Source: Trypanosoma brucei (lineage: Eukaryota). From it: a stretch of DNA of 64,000 bases. The DNA is taken from assembly GCA_000002445.1 (NCBI GenBank), contig CH464491.1:4000001-4064000 (forward strand), read 5' to 3'. Below are positions 34,743-45,400 of the stretch, in pieces (the first letter of the stretch is position 1; each line of letters starts with the position of its first letter). Below the pieces are notes generated by a model. It worked only from the letters and a program-made list of their open reading frames with translations. It had not been told where the DNA came from and searched no databases. Made by a program: the position numbers and the translations under genes.

Positions 34743-35831
34743 TTATGCACCACTCCGTCCGACCACAAGAAAGGGCGGCAAATGTGCGTACTGTGAGGGA
34801 ACGAACGGCCTGAAGGGAGGTAGCGGCTCGACCTCAACACCCACAAGGTGTTCACCCACCTCGACCGGATGTAGATCATTAAAGTACAATACAACTGTCA
34901 GCCTACGACGTTGCTGCGTTTCCTTCGCACAGGAAGGAAACCTGCGCCCATCAAACCATGCCGCAGCATCCTCCGTGGGGTGGCACTCCCCTGTATTAAG
35001 CAACTTCCTTGTGGTACCGAGCAACTTGGAGGCTACAGGGCGGCAGAGGAAAATGTTCACAGCGCCGTAGCCCGTCATATAAGTCACACACGTTTTGGAC
35101 AGCTCCTGTTGCTCTCGCTCCAATATAACACGGATGGGCGGCATGACACTACGCGGCGTCACGCGGTCACTTCTTGGCTCCCACCACAGTCGAATACTCA
35201 TGGAGCGGTGGGCCGCGCATATCTGCAGTTCAGAGTCCAGCCGTGTCAACTTGTGGGTGCCGGAGAGCGTTGTGATCGCCTTCCGAATACGTGGGTCACG
35301 CGTGTCGCCTTGTGTTACGATCCCAACTGTAAAGTAGTTGGCGGACGTTCGTGTGATGTAAACACCCATAACAAGGGCCCTCCGTCGCGGAGTGCAACGG
35401 TCCGTGCCAAATATACTTGCGGCAGCGCGATGTGCTGCATGTTTCCACAGGAGTTCGGCGCTTTTCTCTGAAAGATCCTCCGCTATATGGCTGCGAGTTT
35501 GAACTGTGTACCCGGCATACGAGGCCATCATGGAGAGTGATTCCTGGTGGGCAAGAGCGGAAAGATGCCGGTGCAAAACCGACATATTATCATCGTCGGC
35601 ATTAGAAGTTGGTACCGCGGCTGCCCCCTTTCCAACGTGGTGCTCGACAGTGTGAAAAACGTCCGAAATTTTCTCACAGACTTTAATAGGCTCGCTCTGC
35701 CCAAGCGTCTCGTGTCTGTAGAACACGCATGCGACATCTGTTGGACGCATATACGCTGTAATACTTGTCATTTCCCTTCCGTTATTACACGGCCACTCCC
35801 ACCGGAGAGGGGTATCTGCGGAGTTCGACAC
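34743..35831 (-). CDS. Hypothetical protein (362 aa)
   Basis: Uninterrupted ORF co-oriented with neighbours, with 5' and 3' spacers of plausible size. No recognisable domain. Confidence 0.5.
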   Translation of the reverse strand: MSNSADTPLRWEWPCNNGREMTSITAYMRPTDVACVFYRHETLGQSEPIKVCEKISDVFHTVEHHVGKGAAAVPTSNADDDNMSVLHRHLSALAHQESLSMMASYAGYTVQTRSHIAEDLSEKSAELLWKHAAHRAAASIFGTDRCTPRRRALVMGVYITRTSANYFTVGIVTQGDTRDPRIRKAITTLSGTHKLTRLDSELQICAAHRSMSIRLWWEPRSDRVTPRSVMPPIRVILEREQQELSKTCVTYMTGYGAVNIFLCRPVASKLLGTTRKLLNTGECHPTEDAAAWFDGRRFPSCAKETQQRRRLTVVLYFNDLHPVEVGEHLVGVEVEPLPPFRPFVPSQYAHLPPFLVVGRSGA

Positions 35832-36093
35832 TTTCCTGGGTTGTGTATTTTTTGATTTTTATTGATTAAAGTCAACAGCTTTTGACCTGGATTGCCTTCA
35901 TCAGGGGAAAATGCATGTTAAGAGAAGCAACCAGTGGTGAGATTGCGCAAACACAGCCAACAGAACTAGGAGGGAAGGGTGATGCACCCGACATCAACCT
36001 GTGGGAAACTTGGGGAAAGTAAGGTTGTGAGGAGGAGAAGGTTTATTCGCACAGATTCCCCTTTTAGTCAACAAGTTGCCTCAACGAGGTATG

Positions 36094-36128
<35 letters not shown>
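36094..36128. repeat. Compound microsatellite (AC)6(AT)11
   Basis: 'cacacacacacatatatatatatatatatatatat' in the intergenic spacer. Confidence 0.9.
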
Positions 36129-36235
36129 GCACTTAAACCCCACGGGCGTCCACTCCTGCACCTCCTCAGGCTGGAAGGCGCGTGAAGCACATGAGCGCCT
36201 TCGGAGGGTGACGAACCGCCAACGCGGCCATACAC

Positions 36236-36853
36236 CTACAACGACACAATGGTGACAGTATCTGAGAACCGCTTTAGCTCTTGATTGGAGTCGCTCTCCG
36301 GGGCATTAAAAACTGATTTCTGAAATACCACCGCCTGCTCATCGGCCCCAACAAGCTGCACTGCGTCACCCGCAATGCGTGCCGCCTCCCTCAGCACCTC
36401 TTCAAGCTTTTCTCCTGACTTCAGACCCAGGTAAACACTGAGGTCTTTGGTTTGAATGTGTCCAAGCGTACAGCCAATCACCGTTAGGATGGCGGCGCGC
36501 ATGTTTGGCTCGAAGCTTGGCCGCGCTGGGAGTGTACCTTCGGACTCTCGCCACACTTGCCAGAACTGAGGGAAGTTACCCGAACTGAGGTAATTCTCCA
36601 GATCGTAAATGAGGATTATATCCTTTTCAATATAAGAGGCGTCCTGCACGTGGCTGGAAATGAGAGAGATACAGGCGGAAAAGTCGCTGGTGTGGAAACG
36701 TGGAAGCGCCTGCAGCAAAATTCCCAGCAAAAGCTGTTTTTCCGGTTGACTGCCCGATACGACGTAGCTCTTAAGGAAACGGAGAAACAGTTGGAGATCA
36801 TACTTATCCTGCTGAAGCGCCTCACGCAGCTCCTTGTCCAAATCTTGGTTCAT
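36236..36853 (-). CDS. Small helical protein (205 aa), possibly PCI-like (CSN8 / eIF3k-like)
   Basis: Size (~200 aa), an all-helical leucine-rich N-terminal part ('LQLFLRFLKSYVVSG...LLLGILLQALPRF') and a C-terminal winged-helix-like segment resemble CSN8/eIF3k-type PCI proteins. The assignment is weak. Confidence 0.45.
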   Translation of the reverse strand: MNQDLDKELREALQQDKYDLQLFLRFLKSYVVSGSQPEKQLLLGILLQALPRFHTSDFSACISLISSHVQDASYIEKDIILIYDLENYLSSGNFPQFWQVWRESEGTLPARPSFEPNMRAAILTVIGCTLGHIQTKDLSVYLGLKSGEKLEEVLREAARIAGDAVQLVGADEQAVVFQKSVFNAPESDSNQELKRFSDTVTIVSL

Positions 36854-37977
36854 ATTCCCTTACCTTATTAACTTGTTGCAGAGTTTCTTCTTTCCCTTAG
36901 TCCGTAAACAAAACTTATCTCCTTGTCTTTCGTTCTCCCTTCCGCACCTGTTTCCTTATTGGTTTCCGTGTGCAAAATCGCGGCACTTCTGGCGTAGATA
37001 GGGAGGGGGAGAAGGCATAAGGATGGAGGAAATCTCGCGTGATAACAAAACAGCGCCAGCGGCAAGCATGGATGGCACTTGCCACAGTTGTGAGAGAGGA
37101 AAAGATGCGCTTCAGGTTAGCAATGAGTTATTTACTCCTCCCCCAAAATTCTCAGGCATCAAACAGACACACATCTTCCCAATGCAGTACTTCGTCGCCC
37201 CATTCAAGTAAATCTTGCTTGTACTCCTTTGTCTCCAAACACTCACCATAGGCACCCCTTCCCAACACCTCCCCCTCCCTGAACATTTGAGCGTTAAAAC
37301 AGGCGTGTTAGCACGCCAGAAAAAATTAAACGAGAACAGTAATGGGTAATGGAGGTGCTTTGGACTGGGATGCGCCAAAGGCAGCATTATGTGATTTGCG
37401 TGTGTACGTAAGCAGCGAATTGTCGGCACTACTCCCACCTTCCGACACATCGTGTCAGTCCAAAAGATTATCAATGATCCCCGCCATCCGATTAGGCGAT
37501 GATGAACCAATCCTGTGAAGGAATATAATTTTTGCCGCGCTAACACCCCATTTGCAGTGTCTTAAATCATTCATTATTGTACGCGAGTTACCAACCACAC
37601 GTTGGCAACCTTACGCCCCTCGATGGTTATTCCTCATATCGATTTATTTTCCCACATTGTCTCTGTCCACATGCTGTGCGCGCGCCTCTCTGACTCTTTG
37701 ACGCTAGTGGTCTCGGCAGCGTGTGAATTGCAAACGCGACAAGGTTATGGGATTATCTGCCGAGAAGGAAACGAAACCAGTGTTTAACTTCACCGTGAAT
37801 CACTCACACTGTATGGTCTCGGAGCACGGGTGTACAACGCCTTCCTGAAGAAGCGCTTAATAGATTGATCAAAACGCACATGCACCAGCCGCAGTGGTCA
37901 CGGACAGCTGGAGAGGGGGTATGTGAACGAAGAACGGGCAATGGAAATTGGTGACCACGATGCAATCCACACTTTCC

Positions 37978-40902
37978 TCACATCTGGAACTCTGCGAGAA
38001 GTGGTGGTAATCCCTTGCGGAAGCGTGTTTTCAACGTGAAATCACGTGCTAGCTGGTACCCCCGCGCCGGTTGCAAGGGCCCAATGTGTACCGTTGTGTC
38101 AAACGGGTCCCCTGGAACTGTGTCCCAGCTGTCGAACGCGAAGAGTGGAAGTGCCTCGCCAAGCGTCACCACTCGCAGCTGTGTTTCCAGGCCGAAGCTG
38201 TCGATTGCCGGTACTAACGCCCGGACGCACACAAATGTAGTTGCTGCTATGGGTTCCTCCGATACAATACTCCCGCGACGCATTTGCAGTACCTCTGCAA
38301 TTTTTTCCACAGACCCTGGGGGGCACATAATGTCAACCTTTAGCACTGGCTCAAGAAGCTGCGGATGCGCACCGAGTAGCGCCTGTTTAGCTGCGGTTCT
38401 CGCACCAGCCATAATCGCCGCGTCTCTGGCATCAGGCTCCAGGTCTGCGAAAATGAGGCGCAGTGCCGCTCCGCGAACGACGTCGCCGATCAGCGGCCCC
38501 GCTGCCACTGCAGAGCGGAACCCAGCGGTAATGGCTTGCAACCGCTGCTCTGTGAGTCGTTCGAACTCCTCGTGCTCCTCGTCAAGCGTATCATTAATGA
38601 GCACACTCGGCCCTTTCGTTGTGTGTGGGCCTGTCGCTATTATGTTCCGCGCGTCAAGAGCGTCCATGTCGTGTTGCTGTAACGTCGTCCATAGCTTAAC
38701 AACACTGTCGGTACCGGGCGAAGGAAACAGATTGATTTGCTCATTTTCGATTTGTTCAGTCAGTTTGGTTGGGAGCGAGCCGGCCGTAAAACCAATATGT
38801 GCCCAGTTTGACGAAGTGACAGCTAAAGCACCATCCTTTTCTAACACAGTCTCCGAAAAGGAAACAAATGGCGGAGATATGCCAAGTTTCACCCCTTTGC
38901 ACAAGGCACACCGCAACTCGTGTAGAGCAGTGTCGAGGTGCAACTCCCCATAGCCACTAATGGTGAACTCCCCCGTTTCCTCTTTGTGCGCGTCTAGGCC
39001 AGGTGTTGTGCGAATCAATATTTGAAGACTTTGCTGTAACTGGTTTGCTTTTGCTGGATTTTTCAGTTCAACTCCAACATGCACAAATGGTTTTCCGCAC
39101 TTAAGGGGTAGTACTCTCACTTCATCGAGCCACGAAGCGCCAGACTCTCTGGCGGAGTCTATAGTGTTTTCCTCTTCCCATAACAAACTCGTGGCAGCGA
39201 CTCCGCCGACCATCACAAGGTGACTTCCTGCTCGTGTATCAAAGCCGGTGACGAGAACAACCTGGCCTGCGTACGCGCAATCCACATCGACAAATCCGTC
39301 CAACATTTTCAGCAACAACTCCTTTACCGTAAACGTATAAAAAGGCTCAGCATCACTGGAATGCTCATCCACCACAACCACCTTTACCCCACGTTTCAGT
39401 ACGCCGTGCAGTACACGAACAACGGCAAAGTTCTCCTCACCATTATTTTGAGATCGTATTATCGGTGCGATGGCTGCTGCTGAGTCTTCTTCCTCTACAT
39501 TCAGCCGGTACTGCGTCTTCAGCCACGCTGAGCGTTTGTCAGTTGCGGGCAATACGTTTAGAAGCGCATCAATACCCTCCAACGCGGGGTCACCGCAGAA
39601 AAGTTGCACTGCCTCGCGTACAGCACTGATGGGCCCTCGCGGCAGTGGATTAAGCTTATTGCTGAGTACCTGCGAGCCTTTTCCAGTAAGTGAATGAGCA
39701 ACAACCTTGTACAGAGGCTCAAGCACAAGTGTAACAAAGGAAGGTTTCTGGCGGAAGTTTGTAATGCGAACGAACCTTCCCTCCTCAAAAGTCACTTGCC
39801 CCCACAATTGCTGCGATAAAGCGATCGCATCCACGGATGGGTACTTGCTGCTGTACTTCAACGCAAACGTCTCCGTGGTGAAAAAACATCCGATGTTGGA
39901 GGAAGCGAAACAAACAGTGCCGTTCAGCGGCGACACCAAGAAGGGAGAGCATCCACTTCCAAAACTAGAAATTTCATTGTTTACCGCATCCACCACCATG
40001 CGCAACTTTCGATACGCATCGAGCGGAGGGAGCTTCAAATCCATTATAAGGCGATCAATTTTCGTTATAACAAGCACAATTGGTATTCCTTCCTGCAATA
40101 CAACCTGGCGCAGGAGCCGAGCGCCGTTACTTGTGAGCGACTCAGCGGCGTCAACGCAAAAAAGCACAGCGTCCGCTAGACGTAGCGCGGCTGCTGTTTC
40201 CGCCGCAAAATCGGGGTGACCGGGAGTGTCGACAAACGTCATTAGGTGTGAGGTCTGTTCATAATGTGCACCCGCGACAACCTCCGTCACGACGCTGCTC
40301 TTCACGGATATGCCTCGCTCAACCTCGTCCTCTCGCTGCCTGTAGGCACGACCGCCTAGAAGCAGTGACAAGAGTGAAGTTTTTCCGTGGTGCAAGTGCC
40401 CCGCAACCGCAACGATACGCTGTCGTGAAGGGACGCCTCGCAGGAGATCCAAGAAGTCCCGCGTCGACGGCTCTTTCGACACCACCTCCCCAATTAGAAG
40501 AGGATGTACCAGACGATCTTCCAACAAAAACTTTCCTCCGGCAGCATCCCTGCGATTTTTCATGGTTGATGATGCAACGTCACGACCAGCCACCAAAGGC
40601 TCATCGATTGACTGGTTGGCAACTTCTCCAATGACAAGCTCAACATCGTCGCCAAAGTCACCACTTGACCCACTCGTCGTGTCGTCGTCGTGCCTTCGCC
40701 GCTCGTGTTCTACAGAGTCGCTACCATCACTGCCTCTGTTACTTTCTGTACCGCTCCCGGCTGACCCTGAAGAATCGTTATCGTTGTCGTCGCTAGTAGA
40801 TCTCACTTCGTGGGTGCCGTCGTACTCCCTGCTGGTGCTGTCGCCACACCCACTTTGGTCACTGGGGACTCTGTTCCCCTCTTCATCATAACCAAAGTTC
40901 AT
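37978..40902 (-). CDS. EF-2/EF-G-family translational-type GTPase with acidic Ser/Asp-rich N-terminal extension (Snu114/U5-116K-like or EFL1-like)
   Basis: G1 'AGHLHHGKTSLLSLL', G3 'VDTPGHPDF', G4 'VITKIDRL', and EF-2-like domains II-V downstream. The acidic N-terminal region (SDDNDNDSSGSAGSG...DGSDS) resembles Snu114. The maximal ORF extends to 41301, but its first 133 codons are Cys/Trp/Phe-rich, non-protein-like, and overlap the upstream gene. I placed the start at the ATG at 40902 (MNFGYDEEG...). Confidence 0.75.
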   Translation of the reverse strand: MNFGYDEEGNRVPSDQSGCGDSTSREYDGTHEVRSTSDDNDNDSSGSAGSGTESNRGSDGSDSVEHERRRHDDDTTSGSSGDFGDDVELVIGEVANQSIDEPLVAGRDVASSTMKNRRDAAGGKFLLEDRLVHPLLIGEVVSKEPSTRDFLDLLRGVPSRQRIVAVAGHLHHGKTSLLSLLLGGRAYRQREDEVERGISVKSSVVTEVVAGAHYEQTSHLMTFVDTPGHPDFAAETAAALRLADAVLFCVDAAESLTSNGARLLRQVVLQEGIPIVLVITKIDRLIMDLKLPPLDAYRKLRMVVDAVNNEISSFGSGCSPFLVSPLNGTVCFASSNIGCFFTTETFALKYSSKYPSVDAIALSQQLWGQVTFEEGRFVRITNFRQKPSFVTLVLEPLYKVVAHSLTGKGSQVLSNKLNPLPRGPISAVREAVQLFCGDPALEGIDALLNVLPATDKRSAWLKTQYRLNVEEEDSAAAIAPIIRSQNNGEENFAVVRVLHGVLKRGVKVVVVDEHSSDAEPFYTFTVKELLLKMLDGFVDVDCAYAGQVVLVTGFDTRAGSHLVMVGGVAATSLLWEEENTIDSARESGASWLDEVRVLPLKCGKPFVHVGVELKNPAKANQLQQSLQILIRTTPGLDAHKEETGEFTISGYGELHLDTALHELRCALCKGVKLGISPPFVSFSETVLEKDGALAVTSSNWAHIGFTAGSLPTKLTEQIENEQINLFPSPGTDSVVKLWTTLQQHDMDALDARNIIATGPHTTKGPSVLINDTLDEEHEEFERLTEQRLQAITAGFRSAVAAGPLIGDVVRGAALRLIFADLEPDARDAAIMAGARTAAKQALLGAHPQLLEPVLKVDIMCPPGSVEKIAEVLQMRRGSIVSEEPIAATTFVCVRALVPAIDSFGLETQLRVVTLGEALPLFAFDSWDTVPGDPFDTTVHIGPLQPARGYQLARDFTLKTRFRKGLPPLLAEFQM

Positions 40903-41290
40903 ATTAGAATCAGACGCGCACTCCGGTCGGAAGAGCAATTCCCAACCGACAGTGGGACCGTTATTGTTACTCTTTTTCTTCCACTGGCGGCAGAAACATA
41001 GCAGGCGGGTAGAAACAAGATTGGGGGAGACACAAGAGCAGAATGTATGCGAGGGGAAAACTCCATGGTGAAGGTTCCACGTGCCAGAATTTGCATGCAC
41101 CACGGGCGCAGGATGAAGAGTAGCGGTTAACTCAGTGCCCGCACAGAGGGAAGAAATTTTTGCACCGACACACCCATCCCAACGCCATTCATTAATGACA
41201 AAGAACAAGCCCAGGACTCGCCCCCTGCTAGCAAGCGTGCAACTTAGTGCACCGCAGGGAAAAGGGTCGATAAAAAAGGGAGAACCCCTT

Positions 41291-41911
41291 TCAACCCTCA
41301 TTAGAAACTATGCCATAGGGATTACGCAGGGATGGCGGTTCCAGCCTCACGCCTGGAGCATCGTGGAACGTGGCGAGAACACGGTGCTCCAGCGACAACC
41401 GGTGTTGCTGTCGTTCGAGCCCAGTGCGAATCTGCCTTTCACGTATTTGCCGCAGCTCCTCTGGGGAATTCGCCTCCAAACGCATAGCCATCGCACCCAC
41501 CATTTCGCTTATGTCTGGGTGACGCACCTCAATGGGTTTTGCATTCATCGCTACCACCGCTATGAGCATAAAGCCCAACATGAGAAAAGCAGCAATGAAG
41601 TTTTGTGATTCTGGGGTGAAATTGTACTCCGTGCGGCGTACTTCCCAGTCAAGACACGAGACGAGGCCCAAACGGTTGATGTATAACGTACGCGAGAGCC
41701 GCTCGTCCTCCAAAACCTGCAGGTCTTTGTGGGCCTGATTGATGAGCTCACGCTGTGCCGACGGGCTTGTGATGCCGCGGTTCCTTCTAAAACCCGAGCG
41801 GATTTGCTGCAGGAGCAGCATCCGGATGGTCACATTTGGGATGCTGTTGGCTGCCTTCAGGTAGCGGCGGTAGAGGAGCGCTACCGCCTCCCTTGGAAGA
41901 AGGGCTGACAT
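41291..41911 (-). CDS. LYR-motif (Complex1_LYR-like) protein with one central TM segment (206 aa)
   Basis: N-terminal 'ALLYRRYLKAANSIPN...' (L-Y-R tripeptide plus downstream basic/aromatic residues, as in LYRM proteins). Hydrophobic segment 'FIAAFLMLGFMLIAVVAM'. Confidence 0.55.
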   Translation of the reverse strand: MSALLPREAVALLYRRYLKAANSIPNVTIRMLLLQQIRSGFRRNRGITSPSAQRELINQAHKDLQVLEDERLSRTLYINRLGLVSCLDWEVRRTEYNFTPESQNFIAAFLMLGFMLIAVVAMNAKPIEVRHPDISEMVGAMAMRLEANSPEELRQIRERQIRTGLERQQHRLSLEHRVLATFHDAPGVRLEPPSLRNPYGIVSNEG

Positions 41912-42413
41912 TCCTTCCTGTTACGTCACCCACCACACTTCCTTGTCTCCCCTGAATCAGTGGGGCGTTCCCTCAGCAACTGTTCCTGTTCCTGTATCCG
42001 TTTTTTTAAAAAGTTAAGATGTGGCATGAACAATCGACAAAGCAACAATGACAACAATATGAAGTACATCTGTGCATGCATGCATGTGTGTGGCATTAAA
42101 TCAAATAATGACATGTAAGCGACCGAGCAGCGTAAAACAACAGTGACACGAACAGTAACAATGCCGAGGTTGCGTGAAGGACCTGGGCGAGTTGAAAAGA
42201 AAAAATAAAGAGAAGGCACAAAAATATTATAATAGTGAGGGAGAACTTTAGTTTTACACCATTCATGGTAACGAATAAAATTACTAAAAATGCAACTGAG
42301 AGGAGCAAACTACAATGTTTTTAACGTACACCTTCCCTTCTTCCTCTGCTTCCTTGACGACGGTTCGTACGCTAGGCGCCATGCATAGGGTTGCATCAAC
42401 CACTAACTCAACT

Positions 42414-45400
42414 TTATCCTATGAATTTAAGTCTCAACTCGCGCCGTTGCTTCTTCTTGAACGGCCCTTGCCGTCCTTCCGCAGCAGCTTCTACAGTGGT
42501 ACCTTCTTCAACGGGGCCAAATTTAGCCCCGCAACCGCTGGGTGTCACGCCAAATGGATTAGTATAGCCATCAAACTTTTCGTCGCTGCGACCATTCACT
42601 GTTGCGTTATCGCGGGACTTAATCGGTGTGGAAACATCTTCCCCATCTCTACTGGATAATAAAAACGGTAGCTGCGGTAAAGTTGCAGCGTCCAACGTAA
42701 CTGGAGGCCTGACTTCTTGCTGTTTACGATATTTACTAAGAAGTACCGAAGAAGCAATGCCAGCCCCACCATCTACTGAACAGGATGAGCTCAATGGAGT
42801 ATCAGCAGTGGCTGTAAGCTTCTGACCGATACCACAAAGCGTCTTCCTTGAGTCGTTCACAAGGAGGAAACACGCCTCAAAAATGGGAGCGTCACAAACG
42901 TTAAGGGGTAACGACCTCAGCAAGCAGTACTGAAGTTTCTGCAAAGCTACAGTTAACTTTGCAACAGTGAAACCCGTCAGTTTCCCCCAAGCATCGAAGC
43001 GTTGGGAATACCACGAGCAAAGAGACGCCACTACCAAGATATTGTGGCGTAGCGCTTCAACGACCTCAACCAGCCGCCTGCTCTCTTCATCCCATACAGC
43101 TGTAAATGAAATCGCTCTTTGAAGTCCAACACCAACAACATCGCAAAGAGCCTTCAAGGGTCCAAAGGAAAACGGCAACTCGGGCGCAGAGCATTTAGAT
43201 TTCGACGTCACGGGAGAATAAAATTTATCATCAACAGATAATTTCGCACCTGGAACAATACCTAACTTTTTTGTAACATTCTGGATAAACAACATACGCT
43301 GCTGAGAAAGCACAACAGCATCCGATACGTCAAATTCAAACGAACGCAACTTGTCAAGCACGTTACGAACACCAACACGCAGTTGCTTCGCAACAGAACC
43401 ACGACGAAAAGACGACACAGCAGGGCAACCAACCAAAGAGAAAACGCCACGATCAGAACAAGAAAACTGACTAAAAACAGTATTCACCAACTGTTCTTCA
43501 TCCGAACAAAAGGATATTTTCATATCATCCACAAATAAACGACGAGACATATCAACAACATCAACATCAACTTCGCAACAGTACTGTTCCTTCCCTATAT
43601 CCACCAAACGCGTTACGCACATTTCAGACGCCTGTACACGTTCACGCTCATTTTGTAATTCAGTACGAAGTGATTCCACCTCATGGGTGTATCGAACACG
43701 CTGTTCCTCCATAGCTATCTCAAGAGTTGAAAGTTGTTCCCGATGCAATTTCTCCATACCTTCATGGTTCTCTTGTACAACTTTCTCAGACGCCTGTACA
43801 CGTTCACGCTCATTTTGTAATTCAGTACGAAGTGATTCCACCTCATGGGTGTATCGAACACGCTGTTCCTCCATAGCTATCTCAAGAGTTAAAAGTTGTT
43901 CCCGATGCAATTTCTCCATACCTTCATGGTTCTCTTGTACAACTTTCTCAGACGCCTGTACACGTTCACGCTCATTTTGTAATTCAGTACGAAGTGATTC
44001 CACCTCATGGGTGTATCGAACACGCTGTTCCTCCATAGCTATTTCAAGAGCTAAAAGTTGTTCCCGATGCAATTTCTCCATACCTTCATGGTTCTCTTGT
44101 GCAACTTTCTCAGACGCCTGTACACGTTCACGCTCATTTTGTAATTCAGTACGAAGTGATTCCACCTCATGGGTGTATCGAACACGCTGTTCCTCCATAG
44201 CTATTTCAAGAGTTGAAAGTTGTTCCCGATGCAATTTCTCCATACCTTCATGGTTCTCTTGTGCAACTTTCTCAGACGCCTGTACACGTTCACGCTCATT
44301 TTGTAATTCAGTACGAAGTGATTCCACCTCATGGGTGTATCGAACACGCTGTTCCTCCATAGCTATTTCAAGAGTTGAAAGTTGTTCCCGATGCAATTTC
44401 TCCATACCTTCATGGTTCTCTTGTGCAACTTTCTCAGACGCCTGTACACGTTCACGCTCATTTTGTAATTCAGTACGAAGTGATTCCACCTCATGGGTGT
44501 ATCGAACACGCTGTTCCTCCATAGCTATTTCAAGAGCTAAAAGTTGTTCCCGATGCAATTTCTCCATACCTTCATGGTTCTCTTGTGCAACTTTCTCAGA
44601 CGCCTGTACACGTTCACGCTCATTTTGTAATTCAGTACGAAGTGATTCCACCTCATGGGTGTATCGAACACGCTGTTCCTCCATAGCTATTTCAAGAGCT
44701 AAAAGTTGTTCCCGATGCAATTTCTCCATACCTTCATGGTTCTCTTGTGCAACTTTCTCAGACGCCTGTACACGTTCACGCTCATTTTGTAATTCAGTAC
44801 GAAGTGATTCCACCTCATGGGTGTATCGAACACGCTGTTCCTCCATAGCTATTTCAAGAGTTGAAAGTTGTTCCCGATGCAATTTCTCCATACCTTCATG
44901 GTTCTCTTGTGCAACTTTCTCAGACGCCTGTACACGTTCACGCTCATTTTGTAATTCAGTACGAAGTGATTCCACCTCATGGGTGTATCGAACACGCTGT
45001 TCCTCCATGGCTATTTCAAGAGCTAAAAGTTGTTCCCGATGCAATTTCTCCATACCTTCATGGTTCTCTTGTGCAACTTTCTCAGACGCCTGTACACGTT
45101 CACGCTCATTTTGTAATTCAGTACGAAGTGATTCCACCTCATGGGTGTATCGAACACGCTGTTCCTCCATAGCTATTTCAAGAGTTGAAAGTTGTTCCCG
45201 ATGCAATTTCTCCATACCTTCATGGTTCTCTTGTGCAACTTTCTCAGACGCCTGTACACGTTCACGCTCATTTTGTAATTCAGTACGAAGTGATTCCACC
45301 TCATGGGTGTATCGAACACGCTGTTCCTCCATAGCTATTTCAAGAGCTAAAAGTTGTTCCCGATGCAATTTCTCCATACCTTCATGGTTCTCTTGTGCAA

